Positions 9,060 to 18,636 of a stretch of DNA of 64,000 bases are shown piece after piece. Position numbers and translations under genes: made by a program. Origin of the DNA: a virus. Taxonomy: Duplodnaviria > Caudoviricetes. The DNA is taken from the IMG/VR virus record IMGVR_UViG_3300010429_001449; one strand, 5' to 3'. The notes below the pieces were generated by a model. That model saw nothing but the letters and a program-made list of their open reading frames with translations, had not been told where the DNA came from and made no database searches. Position 1 is the stretch's first letter; each line of letters begins with the position of its first letter.

Positions 9060-10003
9060 AGGGCTTCCTTCGGACGACCCGCCGCAAACGCCTCAAACGC
9101 TCGCGTCGCGCTCATCACTTCGTCGTGAATGGCGGTAAGTTGAGCGCGGTCAGTAGGCATCACCTTTCGGAGCGCCCACAGACGATCCTTCATCTCCAGC
9201 AGCAGACGGTAGTCCTCGGCGAGTTGTTTCTCCGTTTCTATAGGCGCGGTTTCCGGCTGTGGGACATCCTCTGGCGATCCCGCCTTGTGTTCCTTTGCCC
9301 ACTGCTCCGCGAACGCAGCATCGTACAAACAACGAACGGGGCGCGAAAGCGGCACGAGTTCCGTTGCGATAATATTGCGTAGGATGCTGTCGAACGTCTC
9401 TTTATTGAACGGGCCGTCCAACAAGTCGTGCCCCCGCTCCCAATCCTCGCCCGGTTCGAGCTTGCGACACAGGCACTGACCGCCGAGATAACCGGCGTAG
9501 CCTTTGTCGTCTGGCGGACGGAATACGAGGACGTACTTCCGCTCAGGCGTGAACAACACCAATCTGCCGTGCCGCTCCTTCTCGTCGACGAAAACGTAGT
9601 CGTCGATATTGCCACCCCGCGACTCTACGAGATACCGCGCCCAGCTCTTGATCATCGCCGCCGCTTCCTCAAGCAGATTGCGCGAGCTTTTTTCACAAGG
9701 GGGCCGAGGACACGCTTGATGAAACTCGTTGCAGTAAGCATCCCATACTCTTGGCAACAGATAATTACGGATGCGATCTATCTCGTCGCTTACGTCAGCA
9801 AGCATGAAGAAGCTACTGTCTCCTGCCGAGTGCCAGATCAACTTGTCCAATCTGTTAACGGCCTGGACAACAGACATCATCAACTCTTCGCTCTTCGACA
9901 TCTCTCTATTCGACACGCTTATTTCCTTTCGTTTTCTCACAACAAGATTCCACCGTAGCGTATCCGAGCTTTCCGTACTATCCGACGCGGGCGTGTAATT
10001 CAC
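9056..10003 (-). CDS. hypothetical protein (start uncertain)
   Basis: Long ORF in operon. Confidence 0.6.
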   Translation of the reverse strand: MNYTPASDSTESSDTLRWNLVVRKRKEISVSNREMSKSEELMMSVVQAVNRLDKLIWHSAGDSSFFMLADVSDEIDRIRNYLLPRVWDAYCNEFHQACPRPPCEKSSRNLLEEAAAMIKSWARYLVESRGGNIDDYVFVDEKERHGRLVLFTPERKYVLVFRPPDDKGYAGYLGGQCLCRKLEPGEDWERGHDLLDGPFNKETFDSILRNIIATELVPLSRPVRCLYDAAFAEQWAKEHKAGSPEDVPQPETAPIETEKQLAEDYRLLLEMKDRLWALRKVMPTDRAQLTAIHDEVMSATRAFEAFAAGRPKEAL

Positions 10004-10196
10004 GAAGTAACGCTTCAGTCGTAGCGCAGCCCAAGGGGGGATCGCACAGATGCGCGGCCAGAATTTCCGCGAACGCTTCCGCGAGATCAGGGTCCATCAC
10101 TTTTGATGACGTTTTCGCCGTACACCAGGCGCGGGCAGCTTCTTGGCGAGCAAACTCCATTCGACGTTCCTGTTCTGTTTTCGTAATCTCAGACAT
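9978..10196 (-). CDS. hypothetical protein
   Basis: ORF with RBS. Confidence 0.6.
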   Translation of the reverse strand: MSEITKTEQERRMEFARQEAARAWCTAKTSSKVMDPDLAEAFAEILAAHLCDPPLGCATTEALLRELHARVG

Positions 10197-10448
10197 TTCC
10201 TTTTCTCCTTATCTCAACAATCGCAGCGTCTATCGAAGACGACAACTTGCCTTTGTCGCCACGAACCGCCGCGCTGATTAGCGAGCGAATAGCCTCTCTC
10301 TTTTCCGGCGACCACGACGCCACGGCGCAGCTACAACACAAAACCTCAGCGTCGCCCGGCAACACATTCTCAAGACTTTTGCGCCCGCACTTGGAGCAAA
10401 CAATCCACTTCTTAGACATGAAAATCACCTTTCGGGCGCAATCCTTTA

Positions 10449-11300
10449 TCAAGCACCGGCAGCCCCTCCGACTTTTCGGTAACACGTCTTGCCGTCCGGC
10501 TGCTCCTGTTCTTCGAGATAGCCCATCACCACCGCCATCATAAACAGGCTTCGCGCTAAGTCGTCTGGAATATCCACATGCACTCGAATTCGAGCGAGGA
10601 CGACCGCGCTGGGCATCCATTCGTAAGGCAACGACCTTACAGCGGCGGCAAAAGCCCGCTTCGTAGCGTCGCTGAATTGAATGGGGCGATCATCCTTGTG
10701 CTGCTTGAACCAGTCGTCCGTGGGATAGTACGCGCAGAACGCCTTGTAACCACAAGTGCACGTAACGTCCCACGCAACACCTAACTCATGGAGTTCAGGC
10801 TCTCTGCCATCTATGATGACGAAGCCGCTGGTCTTGATTTCGACCTCCCGCGTCATCAGCATTTCGTAGATGTGGACGAGGTGGGCATCCCCGTAAGCAA
10901 GCCGCTCGCCACAGACCGGGCAGAAAGAGCCTATATGCGCGGTTGGCTTGATTGCAGAAACGTCAACGTCCGGGCGAAGCCTCGGAGCCTTGCGAGAATC
11001 CCACGCCTTTTGTGGAACGTCACCAAAGAAACCGCCGTGCGCATCGAGCCAGTCGTGCCATTCCTTCGGGGCTGGATAGGCAGTCGTTGCTTCGTAGCCG
11101 CAATCACACCAAACGTCCCAAACAGGGCCGCGCTTACCTATCTCCGGCAGAACGCTAAAATCAGGCAGACCGAAGTACGCAAGTATTTCGCACCCTCCGA
11201 CCATTAGCATGTCTACGATGTAGGCAGAGTCACTAGCATCTAAGTAGACCAACGGCTTGCCGCAGCGGGGGCAGTATGCGCCTTTTCGTTCTGTATTCAT
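10449..11300 (-). CDS. protein with two tandem Zn-ribbon-like repeats
   Basis: CPxCGxxLxYxDA...WDVxCxCGYxA occurs twice. Confidence 0.7.
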   Translation of the reverse strand: MNTERKGAYCPRCGKPLVYLDASDSAYIVDMLMVGGCEILAYFGLPDFSVLPEIGKRGPVWDVWCDCGYEATTAYPAPKEWHDWLDAHGGFFGDVPQKAWDSRKAPRLRPDVDVSAIKPTAHIGSFCPVCGERLAYGDAHLVHIYEMLMTREVEIKTSGFVIIDGREPELHELGVAWDVTCTCGYKAFCAYYPTDDWFKQHKDDRPIQFSDATKRAFAAAVRSLPYEWMPSAVVLARIRVHVDIPDDLARSLFMMAVVMGYLEEQEQPDGKTCYRKVGGAAGA

Positions 11301-11491
11301 TGTTTATCCCAAACGAGCACGTCCGCCTTGCCAGAGAAGACTAACCACGCCGCTTTGAGTCTTTTGATTAAGAAGAGACCGAGAAGACCGATGGGTCTTG
11401 CAGGTTTCCATACGCCGGGAGTCACTTCGCAAGCACAATCCCAGCTACGAATGCTTGACGCCGAAAACACAGAGGGAACCGGATTCATCAT
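11297..11491 (-). CDS. small hypothetical phage protein
   Basis: WxPARP...RLKAAWLVFSGKAD. Confidence 0.65.
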   Translation of the reverse strand: MMNPVPSVFSASSIRSWDCACEVTPGVWKPARPIGLLGLFLIKRLKAAWLVFSGKADVLVWDKQ

Positions 11492-11500
11492 TGCATCTCC

Positions 11501-12181
11501 TCAAACACGATCCGGGTGTTGTTCCCGAAACGTCTTGTCCCACGCTGCGGGATCGGAGAAGTAGTCAGAAACCTCGGCAGGCACGAGGCCGCTGTTATGG
11601 AGGCTGTCAATGTTCGCTAAGGAAAGAAGCTCGACGCCGTGCTCTTTGAGCGCCTTCTCGCCGCCCTGTTGACGATCAAAGACGACCATACAAAGCTTCA
11701 CCTCAGCGCCAGCTTCGCGGAGAGCTTCAATGAACTCCAGCTTGCTGCCCGCGTCTGTTATCAGGTCTTCGACCAGAACCACACGGCGGTCTTCGACCGA
11801 CGCGCCTTCGACCTTGCCCTTCGTACCGTATTCTTTCTGCGCCTTGCGGACGTAGGCCGAGGAGAGACCCATCGAAGCTGCGAGACGTGTGGCGAACGGT
11901 ATTCCTGCGCTCTCGCCGCCCGCGATGACGGGGAAAGGAGGCTTCTCCAGCAGGATGTATCCGCGCCTCGGCTCGTAGTCAAACTCAGCAAGGGCATAAT
12001 GAAAGAGACCCGTGACCAGACTCATAACAGCGGGATCGCTGATGAGTTTCCGGCAATCGAAGTAGACCGGACTCAGCAAGCCGCTCTTGAGCGTGAACGG
12101 TTTGATAGTGCTGATACGCAGGGCGTCGCAGCGTACCAATGCGTCTACAACAACATGTCCGACGGGAGAGTTCTTGTTCAT
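11501..12181 (-). CDS. pyrE: orotate phosphoribosyltransferase
   Basis: FTLKSGxxSPVYFDCR, YVRKxxKxYG, PRPP loop VVLVEDLITDAGSK. Confidence 0.92.
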   Translation of the reverse strand: MNKNSPVGHVVVDALVRCDALRISTIKPFTLKSGLLSPVYFDCRKLISDPAVMSLVTGLFHYALAEFDYEPRRGYILLEKPPFPVIAGGESAGIPFATRLAASMGLSSAYVRKAQKEYGTKGKVEGASVEDRRVVLVEDLITDAGSKLEFIEALREAGAEVKLCMVVFDRQQGGEKALKEHGVELLSLANIDSLHNSGLVPAEVSDYFSDPAAWDKTFREQHPDRV

Positions 12182-12253
12182 CCTACGGCTTCCTTTCATT
12201 TCACAACTTAGGTTCTGTCTACTGCCGAGCACTCCACAACTTAGGTGTGATAC

Positions 12254-12985
12254 TCATGGCTTTAGTTTCTCAATCCATTCCTTCGCCGCCGCCGTAGGGT
12301 CTTCTGCGCCGTAAATCGCGGAGCCGATGATGGGATACCAGTCGAACGGAGGAACCTTGCCGATGTAGATTTTGGCTTCGTCGACCTCGGCCTGCTGCCT
12401 TCCGAGTCCGGGCGTATAAACGTTGATCGGCTCTCCCTCAAATCCCGGACACTCGGTAGAGTTGTAGGCGTCCCACAAAACAGTCGCATAATGCAGTTTA
12501 GTCGCGGGCAAAACGAAGCTGCGGACGCCGCACTTAAGCGCCTCTGTGAACACACGCTTCGGCATGTCATCGGAGAGGAAACCGCCCTCGGACACTAAGA
12601 ATTCCGGGTGCGTCATCACTGCGCCTACGATGAGATCGTGCACACAGTTCTGTGTCAGCCTCCGCCACGCACGACACCAATGCCGGAGAGTATCGGGGCC
12701 TGCGAAAGGAAAAATGATCGTTCCTCTTGCGCCCGACCGGGCGCACATACTCAGCAAAGGTTCAGCCATCTGCGGAATATCAGTGCCCGCCTTTTGATGG
12801 TCGTAGATCACAGGCTTATCGGAAAGTGTGTTAATCTCCGCGACCGTTTTGCGCAAGGACGCTTCGAGGGCTAGGAGAGACCCGATCTTAAACCCGGCCA
12901 CGCCGTCTAGCTGTCCCGTAGAACGAGCGAGAACTGGGAGTTTCTCGAACGGCACATCACACGCGATCACGATTCCTTTGAACAT
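12254..12985 (-). CDS. pyrF: orotidine-5'-phosphate decarboxylase
   Basis: IACD, GFKIG, YDHQKAGTDIP, MTH, PATK, TPG.G.Q, IIGSAIY; next to pyrE. Confidence 0.85.
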   Translation of the reverse strand: MFKGIVIACDVPFEKLPVLARSTGQLDGVAGFKIGSLLALEASLRKTVAEINTLSDKPVIYDHQKAGTDIPQMAEPLLSMCARSGARGTIIFPFAGPDTLRHWCRAWRRLTQNCVHDLIVGAVMTHPEFLVSEGGFLSDDMPKRVFTEALKCGVRSFVLPATKLHYATVLWDAYNSTECPGFEGEPINVYTPGLGRQQAEVDEAKIYIGKVPPFDWYPIIGSAIYGAEDPTAAAKEWIEKLKP

Positions 12986-13129
12986 ACACCTGTCTCCTTT
13001 GTCGCTGCGGGCAACAGTACGTAGTTTCCGCGCACCAGAAAGTTCTATCAAATTGGGCGGGAGAAAATGGGCGGTTGGTGGGTAGTTGAAACACGCCTCA
13101 GCATCAGCATAACGCTGATCTCCAAGAAG

Positions 13130-13215
13130 TGGTGGGCGAGGGGAGATTTGAACTCCCACGCGGTTTCCCGCACCAGTGCCTGAGACTGGCTCGTCTGCCT
13201 TTCCGACACTCGCCC
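13130..13215 (-). tRNA. tRNA-Leu(CAG)
   Basis: Cloverleaf with long variable arm, CCAGT-CTCAGGC-ACTGG, encoded CCA. Confidence 0.92.
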
Positions 13216-13220
13216 AAAAG

Positions 13221-13297
13221 TGGGGTAGGTAACGGGAATCGAACCCGTGCTTGATGGGCCACGGCCATCCGTGCGAATCCTCTACACTATACCTACC
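13221..13297 (-). tRNA. tRNA-His(GTG)
   Basis: G-1:C73, GATGG-CCGTGGC-CCATC (C33), encoded CCA. Confidence 0.88.
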
Positions 13298-13309
13298 ATC
13301 GTCATTCCT

Positions 13310-13337
13310 AGTATAACAGCGTCCCGCGAAATGTCAA
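13310..13337 (-). promoter_or_regulatory. sigma70-type promoter
   Basis: TTGACA-16bp-TATACT. Confidence 0.85.
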
Positions 13338-13343
13338 GCGGAA

Positions 13344-14486
13344 TTAATCATCATTCGGCGTTCTTGACCCGCATTTCGGACACGTTATGAAGGAAGAAAA
13401 GACGTTCGTGGTGTAAACGGTGCGCCCACAACCCTGACAGTGGAGTGCGCGACGCCCCTCGGCAGGAGACGCAAGATGTTGCTGTTGTGGAGACAACGGC
13501 GTGCCGTCCAGCGACACAGGGCCGACGTAAGGCGCTGTTGGAGCCACCGGGGGCGGGGCGAAACGAGAGTCGCCTGGAAGAATGAGGTTTCCCTGTGGAC
13601 GCGCCTGCGGGCGGGTTACGACCTCATCCGCCTGCGTCAACGGAAACGTGTCGTCGTAGGAAACTTGCTGACTGCGGCCTTCTCGCACGGGAGCCGGAGG
13701 CTGCGGCACGAAAGGACGCGGCGCGGTCGAGAGACGATTTGGTGCGGGAGGAATAGGAGCTTGCTGTCTCCAGATAGGAGGCACAGGTTCCCCGCCGTAG
13801 TCCAACGACGGGTCGAAAAACGCCACGTCTGCCGATGGCGGCGCGGCCCCCGGCTGTCCAAACAGAGGCGATTGCTGACCCGGCTTCATAAGCGTCTGTT
13901 CGGCAATTCGGTGCGTTTGCTCTTGAAGATCGACAGCGGCCTTCTGTAACTGCGCGGGGTTGACGGTCACGACGCCCGGCGGGGCCTGCAACTCCCACAC
14001 GTGAACATTAGACGGAAACTGCTGCAACAGACCCAAAATCTCCTGTTTGCGCTGTACCAAACCGCCGTGCCCTATGCCGGGGAAGTTCAGGTGAAACGTG
14101 ACGTTGGCGTACTCATTAGCCTTTGCGAAAAGAGCTTGCGCAGACGCAAAGATCATATCCGCATCAGCCCGCTGGCGCGGGTTGATTCGCGTCTGGAACA
14201 AGCCAAACGTGCCAAGAAATTCCCGCCCCATAAAGATATCGGTAACGATAACGCCGTACTGCGCATTCGCGACCCCCATCTCTACAATTATCTGACCGAA
14301 CCGAGCATCGATACCGGGAAGAAGCGAGCGCAGTTGCTGCGCCGCGCCGGTTTCCATCAACAAAACGCCGTTCTGTACGACAGACCCCGCCGTGACCAAG
14401 AGGACTTCGTTGATGGGGCACGTGACATTGCCTTTGGGCGTCCGTTGGAAGAACGCCTCGAACATATTGCCGTAACGCTGTATCAC
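13344..14486 (-). CDS. macrodomain-like protein with Pro/Gln-rich linker and C-terminal Zn ribbon
   Basis: GNMF...LLMETGAA...FQT...NFPGIGHGGL; CQGCG...CPKCG. Confidence 0.65.
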   Translation of the reverse strand: MIQRYGNMFEAFFQRTPKGNVTCPINEVLLVTAGSVVQNGVLLMETGAAQQLRSLLPGIDARFGQIIVEMGVANAQYGVIVTDIFMGREFLGTFGLFQTRINPRQRADADMIFASAQALFAKANEYANVTFHLNFPGIGHGGLVQRKQEILGLLQQFPSNVHVWELQAPPGVVTVNPAQLQKAAVDLQEQTHRIAEQTLMKPGQQSPLFGQPGAAPPSADVAFFDPSLDYGGEPVPPIWRQQAPIPPAPNRLSTAPRPFVPQPPAPVREGRSQQVSYDDTFPLTQADEVVTRPQARPQGNLILPGDSRFAPPPVAPTAPYVGPVSLDGTPLSPQQQHLASPAEGRRALHCQGCGRTVYTTNVFSSFITCPKCGSRTPNDD

Positions 14487-14488
14487 GA

Positions 14489-15337
14489 CTAAGCTCCTTT
14501 CTCGGAACGATAATCATTCCGCAACACAAGGGTATCATCTTCTTCAGCCTTGTCAAGGTGAGGCGAGGGTACGTCGTTCCTGTTGTAATAGCACCACGCC
14601 CTTTGTTCGTCCGTTAGCACGGGCCAAATAATCTTGAGACGCCGTTGAGAAAGCTGCAATAACTGATCTCTGTGTTCCTCCGTATCGACGGTGACTGTCC
14701 AATCCGAATAGACAAGACGGTAATCAAAAGGAAGTGCGGCAAAGAGATAAGCAAGCTGCCTCGGTGTAAGTGCGCCGTGCTCCGCAAAATAAGCGGAGAA
14801 TGATTCGGCGTATTGAGGATGACCTGCTCGGCGAAGGGCGCTAAACGCGATGAAAATACGCGCCTGACGCTCTTCTTCTAAACGCAGCGCCCTATCTCTT
14901 TCCGCCCGCTTAAGAAGTTCGTACTCCTTTTTCCGCGCTCTTTCTGCTTGTGCCTGCCGTTCGCGCTCCAATCTGTCAGCCTCATCTCGTTTCCGCTGTT
15001 CTTCTGTCTTCTTGGCGGACAGCAGTTTTCTGAACAAGGCTGCTGCTTCTGTTTCGGTCAACTCGTTTCCGTCAGCGTCTGGGAGCAAGACGCCCAGCTC
15101 CTCTAAGAAATGGAGAATGCAATCCGAACCTATGGAGAGCTTGGCCCCGTTATAACTGTTCCTCATCTCGTAGTGATACCGAAGACGCTTGTTGCCGCAG
15201 ATATCGCAGACCTTGACAGAGTCCTTCCAATCGAAGACTTTGAAGGTGAAAAACCACTCGCGGAATGCCTTTTTAAGGTCTTCCTTCTCTTGGCTAACCG
15301 CAAAGAGATTCGGGGCTACTCTGTTGATCCAATCCAT
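14489..15337 (-). CDS. hypothetical Zn-binding coiled-coil protein
   Basis: CDICG...IGSDCI then charged helix. Confidence 0.7.
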   Translation of the reverse strand: MDWINRVAPNLFAVSQEKEDLKKAFREWFFTFKVFDWKDSVKVCDICGNKRLRYHYEMRNSYNGAKLSIGSDCILHFLEELGVLLPDADGNELTETEAAALFRKLLSAKKTEEQRKRDEADRLERERQAQAERARKKEYELLKRAERDRALRLEEERQARIFIAFSALRRAGHPQYAESFSAYFAEHGALTPRQLAYLFAALPFDYRLVYSDWTVTVDTEEHRDQLLQLSQRRLKIIWPVLTDEQRAWCYYNRNDVPSPHLDKAEEDDTLVLRNDYRSEKGA

Positions 15338-15343
15338 TAGCGA

Positions 15344-15778
15344 TTATCCCCGCGCACACAACAGGAGCTTGGGTTCCTCAAAGGGAACACCGTACTTCTC
15401 GCAGAACACCCGGAGGTCTTCGCGCCACTTGCGTCGTTTGTTGCGCGAGAACGCCTCCGCTTTGATTTCCTTGGGAGACTCGCCCAAAGCATAAACGAAA
15501 CTGTCCACAGCCGCCAAGACACACAGGCGCTTCTTCTCGGTCCCATGAAATATCAAGCGTACCGGGCAAGCAGAAAACACCGTTCTCGCCATGACCCAGA
15601 AGTCGCGCTTGTCTCGATAGGCAGAACACGCAATCCCTTCGGTCTTGGCGAACCACTCCTCAAAAACGAGGCTGCCCCAAGGATACTGAACCGTATCCGA
15701 GAGTGCTATGCCGTACACGATAATGCCTTCTGCCGCGTTCACTACGTTAATCCTTTCTGTTTGGAGAGTGCCGCCCAT
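15344..15778 (-). CDS. hypothetical protein
   Basis: ORF in operon. Confidence 0.55.
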   Translation of the reverse strand: MGGTLQTERINVVNAAEGIIVYGIALSDTVQYPWGSLVFEEWFAKTEGIACSAYRDKRDFWVMARTVFSACPVRLIFHGTEKKRLCVLAAVDSFVYALGESPKEIKAEAFSRNKRRKWREDLRVFCEKYGVPFEEPKLLLCARG

Positions 15779-16674
15779 CCGTCACGTACGACTTTCGCAA
15801 GGTTTCGGGCCGCACGGCTATCATCCAATTCCGCAATATCATCCAACATCAAGGCAACAAGTTCTATGACCTCGCCGTCGGATGGAATGCACAAAGCACC
15901 ATGAGGATGACGGTCAGTAGTACACTCATCGAGACACGGCACGTAGGAAGGCGTCTTAGACAACCCGTTCTCGCGCCGGAAGTCTTCGACGTTGCAGTAC
16001 TCACCACACTTCTCACTGACGCGCTTCGCAACACACACCTGCGCGGCAGTCACGCGCACTGTGAACCCGCCACTCCAATTGAGCGAGCACGGAGGCTCCT
16101 TGACCGCAGGAGCCGCCGCCTGCTTGTCGAACACGCGCTCGTAATAGCGCACTTTCTGCCGCCATTTGCTGATCAGCTTCCGCTTGCTCTTGAGGATGCC
16201 TTCCAACCGCAGCAACTCGGTCGTGTGCTTGATCAGCGTGTCTTTGGCTTTCCAGTAACGCTCCTCCCGAAGTTGCCCTCCGGTACGCGGCGGCTTAGGC
16301 TTGGCGGAATCTTTCAGGCGAATCCGCATGTCCGCAGTCCACGGAACCTCGAATTCCCACCAGGGGGACATGTCGCTATGATGCAAGCCGCGATTGTGTC
16401 CGAATTCGTGAATGGCGATTCGAGCGACCATCGCCACGTCCAGCGTAGGATCGTCCTGCCCCTTGAAGTACGTTGCTCGCGGGACTATCAGCTTGATCCA
16501 CTTGGACGTGTAACTGCCGCGCCCGTGATATCGCTTGCCGCGAGCATACTCGACCTTGACAGTATATCCCTGCGGATCAACACCGTCCTGCTCCATCGCT
16601 TTGACTACGACTTTGCGAATGTCATCCGAACGCCAGCACGTGGCGTTGATGATTCTGAATTGTCTCCCGCGCAT
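15742..16674 (-). CDS. zincin-like metallopeptidase-domain protein
   Basis: HEFGHNRGLHH; GGAGG RBS; own promoter. Confidence 0.65.
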   Translation of the reverse strand: MRGRQFRIINATCWRSDDIRKVVVKAMEQDGVDPQGYTVKVEYARGKRYHGRGSYTSKWIKLIVPRATYFKGQDDPTLDVAMVARIAIHEFGHNRGLHHSDMSPWWEFEVPWTADMRIRLKDSAKPKPPRTGGQLREERYWKAKDTLIKHTTELLRLEGILKSKRKLISKWRQKVRYYERVFDKQAAAPAVKEPPCSLNWSGGFTVRVTAAQVCVAKRVSEKCGEYCNVEDFRRENGLSKTPSYVPCLDECTTDRHPHGALCIPSDGEVIELVALMLDDIAELDDSRAARNLAKVVRDGWAALSKQKGLT

Positions 16675-16714
16675 CCGAGTGTCCTCCAAAAAGGTTTGTC
16701 TGTCCGATACTATT

Positions 16715-16742
16715 ATTATAACAGAAATACAGAGAATGTCAA
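16715..16742 (-). promoter_or_regulatory. sigma70-type promoter
   Basis: TTGACA-16bp-TATAAT. Confidence 0.85.
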
Positions 16743-16781
16743 GGGGAATTTTCGGATAATCGCCGTTGATCTCAGCGGGCG

Positions 16782-17108
16782 TTACGCATCGATGACAAGA
16801 TCGCGGACTTTCCGCACCGTCTCTTTGAGATGATCCATCTCTGCGCGTTCCTCATCCTTATCGTCGTCGATGTCATCAAGCTCTTTTTCCAGAGCGGCGA
16901 TATCAAGTTTAAGCTGGCTGCATTTTTCCTCGGCGTTCTTGAAATGTTTGCAAGCGACAATCAAAAGAGCGACGGGGTCTTTCGTATCATCCGGTAGCGG
17001 ACACCCGTTCCGTATCATCACGTCAACGCAATCGGCCAAGACAACATCTAACGGCGTGTTCTGATAGGTCCGTTTCAGCAAAACCGGCGGTTCGTTTGAC
17101 GAGGACAT
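16782..17108 (-). CDS. hypothetical coiled-coil protein
   Basis: Start MSSSNE coupled to upstream stop. Confidence 0.6.
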   Translation of the reverse strand: MSSSNEPPVLLKRTYQNTPLDVVLADCVDVMIRNGCPLPDDTKDPVALLIVACKHFKNAEEKCSQLKLDIAALEKELDDIDDDKDEERAEMDHLKETVRKVRDLVIDA

Positions 17109-17689
17109 TATGACTTCCTTTCTTGAGCAAGAGATTCCATGTGCTCCAAGAGAGCTTCCTCGCACTCGTCAAACGAGGCACAGAACTCGCCCCACGAAGC
17201 GACAATGCGGCGTTCTGCCGCGTCAAGGATCATTACGCGCCAGGCCCGTTCGACATCCACCGGCTTGTAGCGGTAGCCCGTCTTCGTGACGGTGAAACCT
17301 TCCGGCGCACCTTCGGGCGTTTGTTCCAGTTCGCCTTCTTCTCTGACGATGAAAGCCCGCGCAATGAGAACAATCAGCGCGTCATCCAGAGGCGTCTCGG
17401 CGGCAGTTCCGGCGTTCAGGACTACAAACGGTTCTCGATTCAACATGGCCTTGGCGATGTTTTCTTCCGTCAGAATAGGCGCTGCCACATCAGCCAAAAG
17501 CACACAAGAGTCTGCCAGGGGCTTCAGCAGCGGACTATCGGCTTTCGTCCACGACATGATCAAGCCGTGATCCTCCGCCATCGAGAAGGCTACCCATGAC
17601 GTTGTGCCAAGAGAAGCCATCTCTTCCTCTAACTCCTCCGTGGCGGCGACTGCCACCGGTTTCCCAGCCAAAACAATTACTTTGTCCAT
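17108..17689 (-). CDS. hypothetical protein
   Basis: ORF in operon. Confidence 0.65.
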   Translation of the reverse strand: MDKVIVLAGKPVAVAATEELEEEMASLGTTSWVAFSMAEDHGLIMSWTKADSPLLKPLADSCVLLADVAAPILTEENIAKAMLNREPFVVLNAGTAAETPLDDALIVLIARAFIVREEGELEQTPEGAPEGFTVTKTGYRYKPVDVERAWRVMILDAAERRIVASWGEFCASFDECEEALLEHMESLAQERKS

Positions 17690-18132
17690 TTGGAAACTCC
17701 CAAAGCGTGTATGATGCCGCTGTTTCGGAGCGCAAGAAGGCGTTTGACCATGCGGTTATAGCACTTCCGCTGCGCGTCGGTAAGGTTTATCAGAAAATCG
17801 CCCACATACGGATCATCAATCGGATAGAGGAGAATCGGAACGTCGTGCAAATATGCGTAACAATCTGACATAAGAGCGGCCATAACTCTCGCGTCGAGAA
17901 CAATTATTGCGTCTGGCTTGAACGTCAAATCGCGCAGATGCTTCGAGATCAAGGTGTCCGTCCGCCGCCCTTCTCGTTCCAACAGTTGGATGACGTTAGG
18001 ATCAACCCGCCACGGCGACAGACCCGCAGAGAAAACCTGAACGTCCGGAATCTCATCTCGAAACAGTCCTTCCGCCATCTGACTGCGGCAGCAGTTCGCC
18101 ACACACATGAATAGCAACCGTTTCTGAGACAT
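17677..18132 (-). CDS. low-molecular-weight phosphatase / ArsC family protein
   Basis: P-loop CVANCCRSQMAE, SAG, IDDP. Confidence 0.85.
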   Translation of the reverse strand: MSQKRLLFMCVANCCRSQMAEGLFRDEIPDVQVFSAGLSPWRVDPNVIQLLEREGRRTDTLISKHLRDLTFKPDAIIVLDARVMAALMSDCYAYLHDVPILLYPIDDPYVGDFLINLTDAQRKCYNRMVKRLLALRNSGIIHALGVSKWTK

Positions 18133-18156
18133 TATTGCTCCTTTACCGTCTCCCTT

Positions 18157-18184
18157 AGTATAACAGCGGAAAAGAGTTTGTCAA
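18157..18184 (-). promoter_or_regulatory. sigma70-type promoter
   Basis: TTGACA-16bp-TATACT. Confidence 0.85.
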
Positions 18185-18636
18185 GAGGACGTTTGCTCGT
18201 CTTCGGTTTCGTCCAGACACGCCTCTGGCGTCTCGGCGGGTTCGACTCTACGCGCCGCTTCAATCTCGGCCAGACGCTGCGTGACCGGACACTCGGCGTC
18301 GCATTCTTCTTCCGGATGCAACGCGGCCTCAGACAGATGCGTAAGTTCCTTGAGCGCGGAGACGGCCTTGAGCAGTGATGAGCGCAACTCGATCACGTCC
18401 TTTTCAGGAACCTTCTTGGCTAGGCGATCCATAACTTCCATTGCGCCCGCAAGAGCGGCCAGGGCCGTCACTGACTTGCTGGAGACGACTTCCGCCCACG
18501 GCGGACGATTTGTTGTCGTCAAAGTAGTCAGGTAGTTCCTTACCCGGTTGTTCAAGCAGTCTTGGCACAACCTCCCGTTGGAAGTAATCAGCGTCGTTTT
18601 GCCGCATCTCTTGCAAACACCTTCCTCGAAGCTCAT
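18181..18636 (-). CDS. hypothetical Zn-finger protein
   Basis: CKRCG...CQDC. Confidence 0.6.
   Translation of the reverse strand: MSFEEGVCKRCGKTTLITSNGRLCQDCLNNRVRNYLTTLTTTNRPPWAEVVSSKSVTALAALAGAMEVMDRLAKKVPEKDVIELRSSLLKAVSALKELTHLSEAALHPEEECDAECPVTQRLAEIEAARRVEPAETPEACLDETEDEQTSS

Noticed and set aside
13050-13125. Degenerate tRNA between pyrF and tRNA-Leu
   Set aside because: Only one hairpin and a vague T-loop-like stretch; no acceptor pairing
14489-15337. MDWINRV as a sixth YDW leader
   Set aside because: Lacks Y, AL.K and the Cys/Gly motif; probably chance
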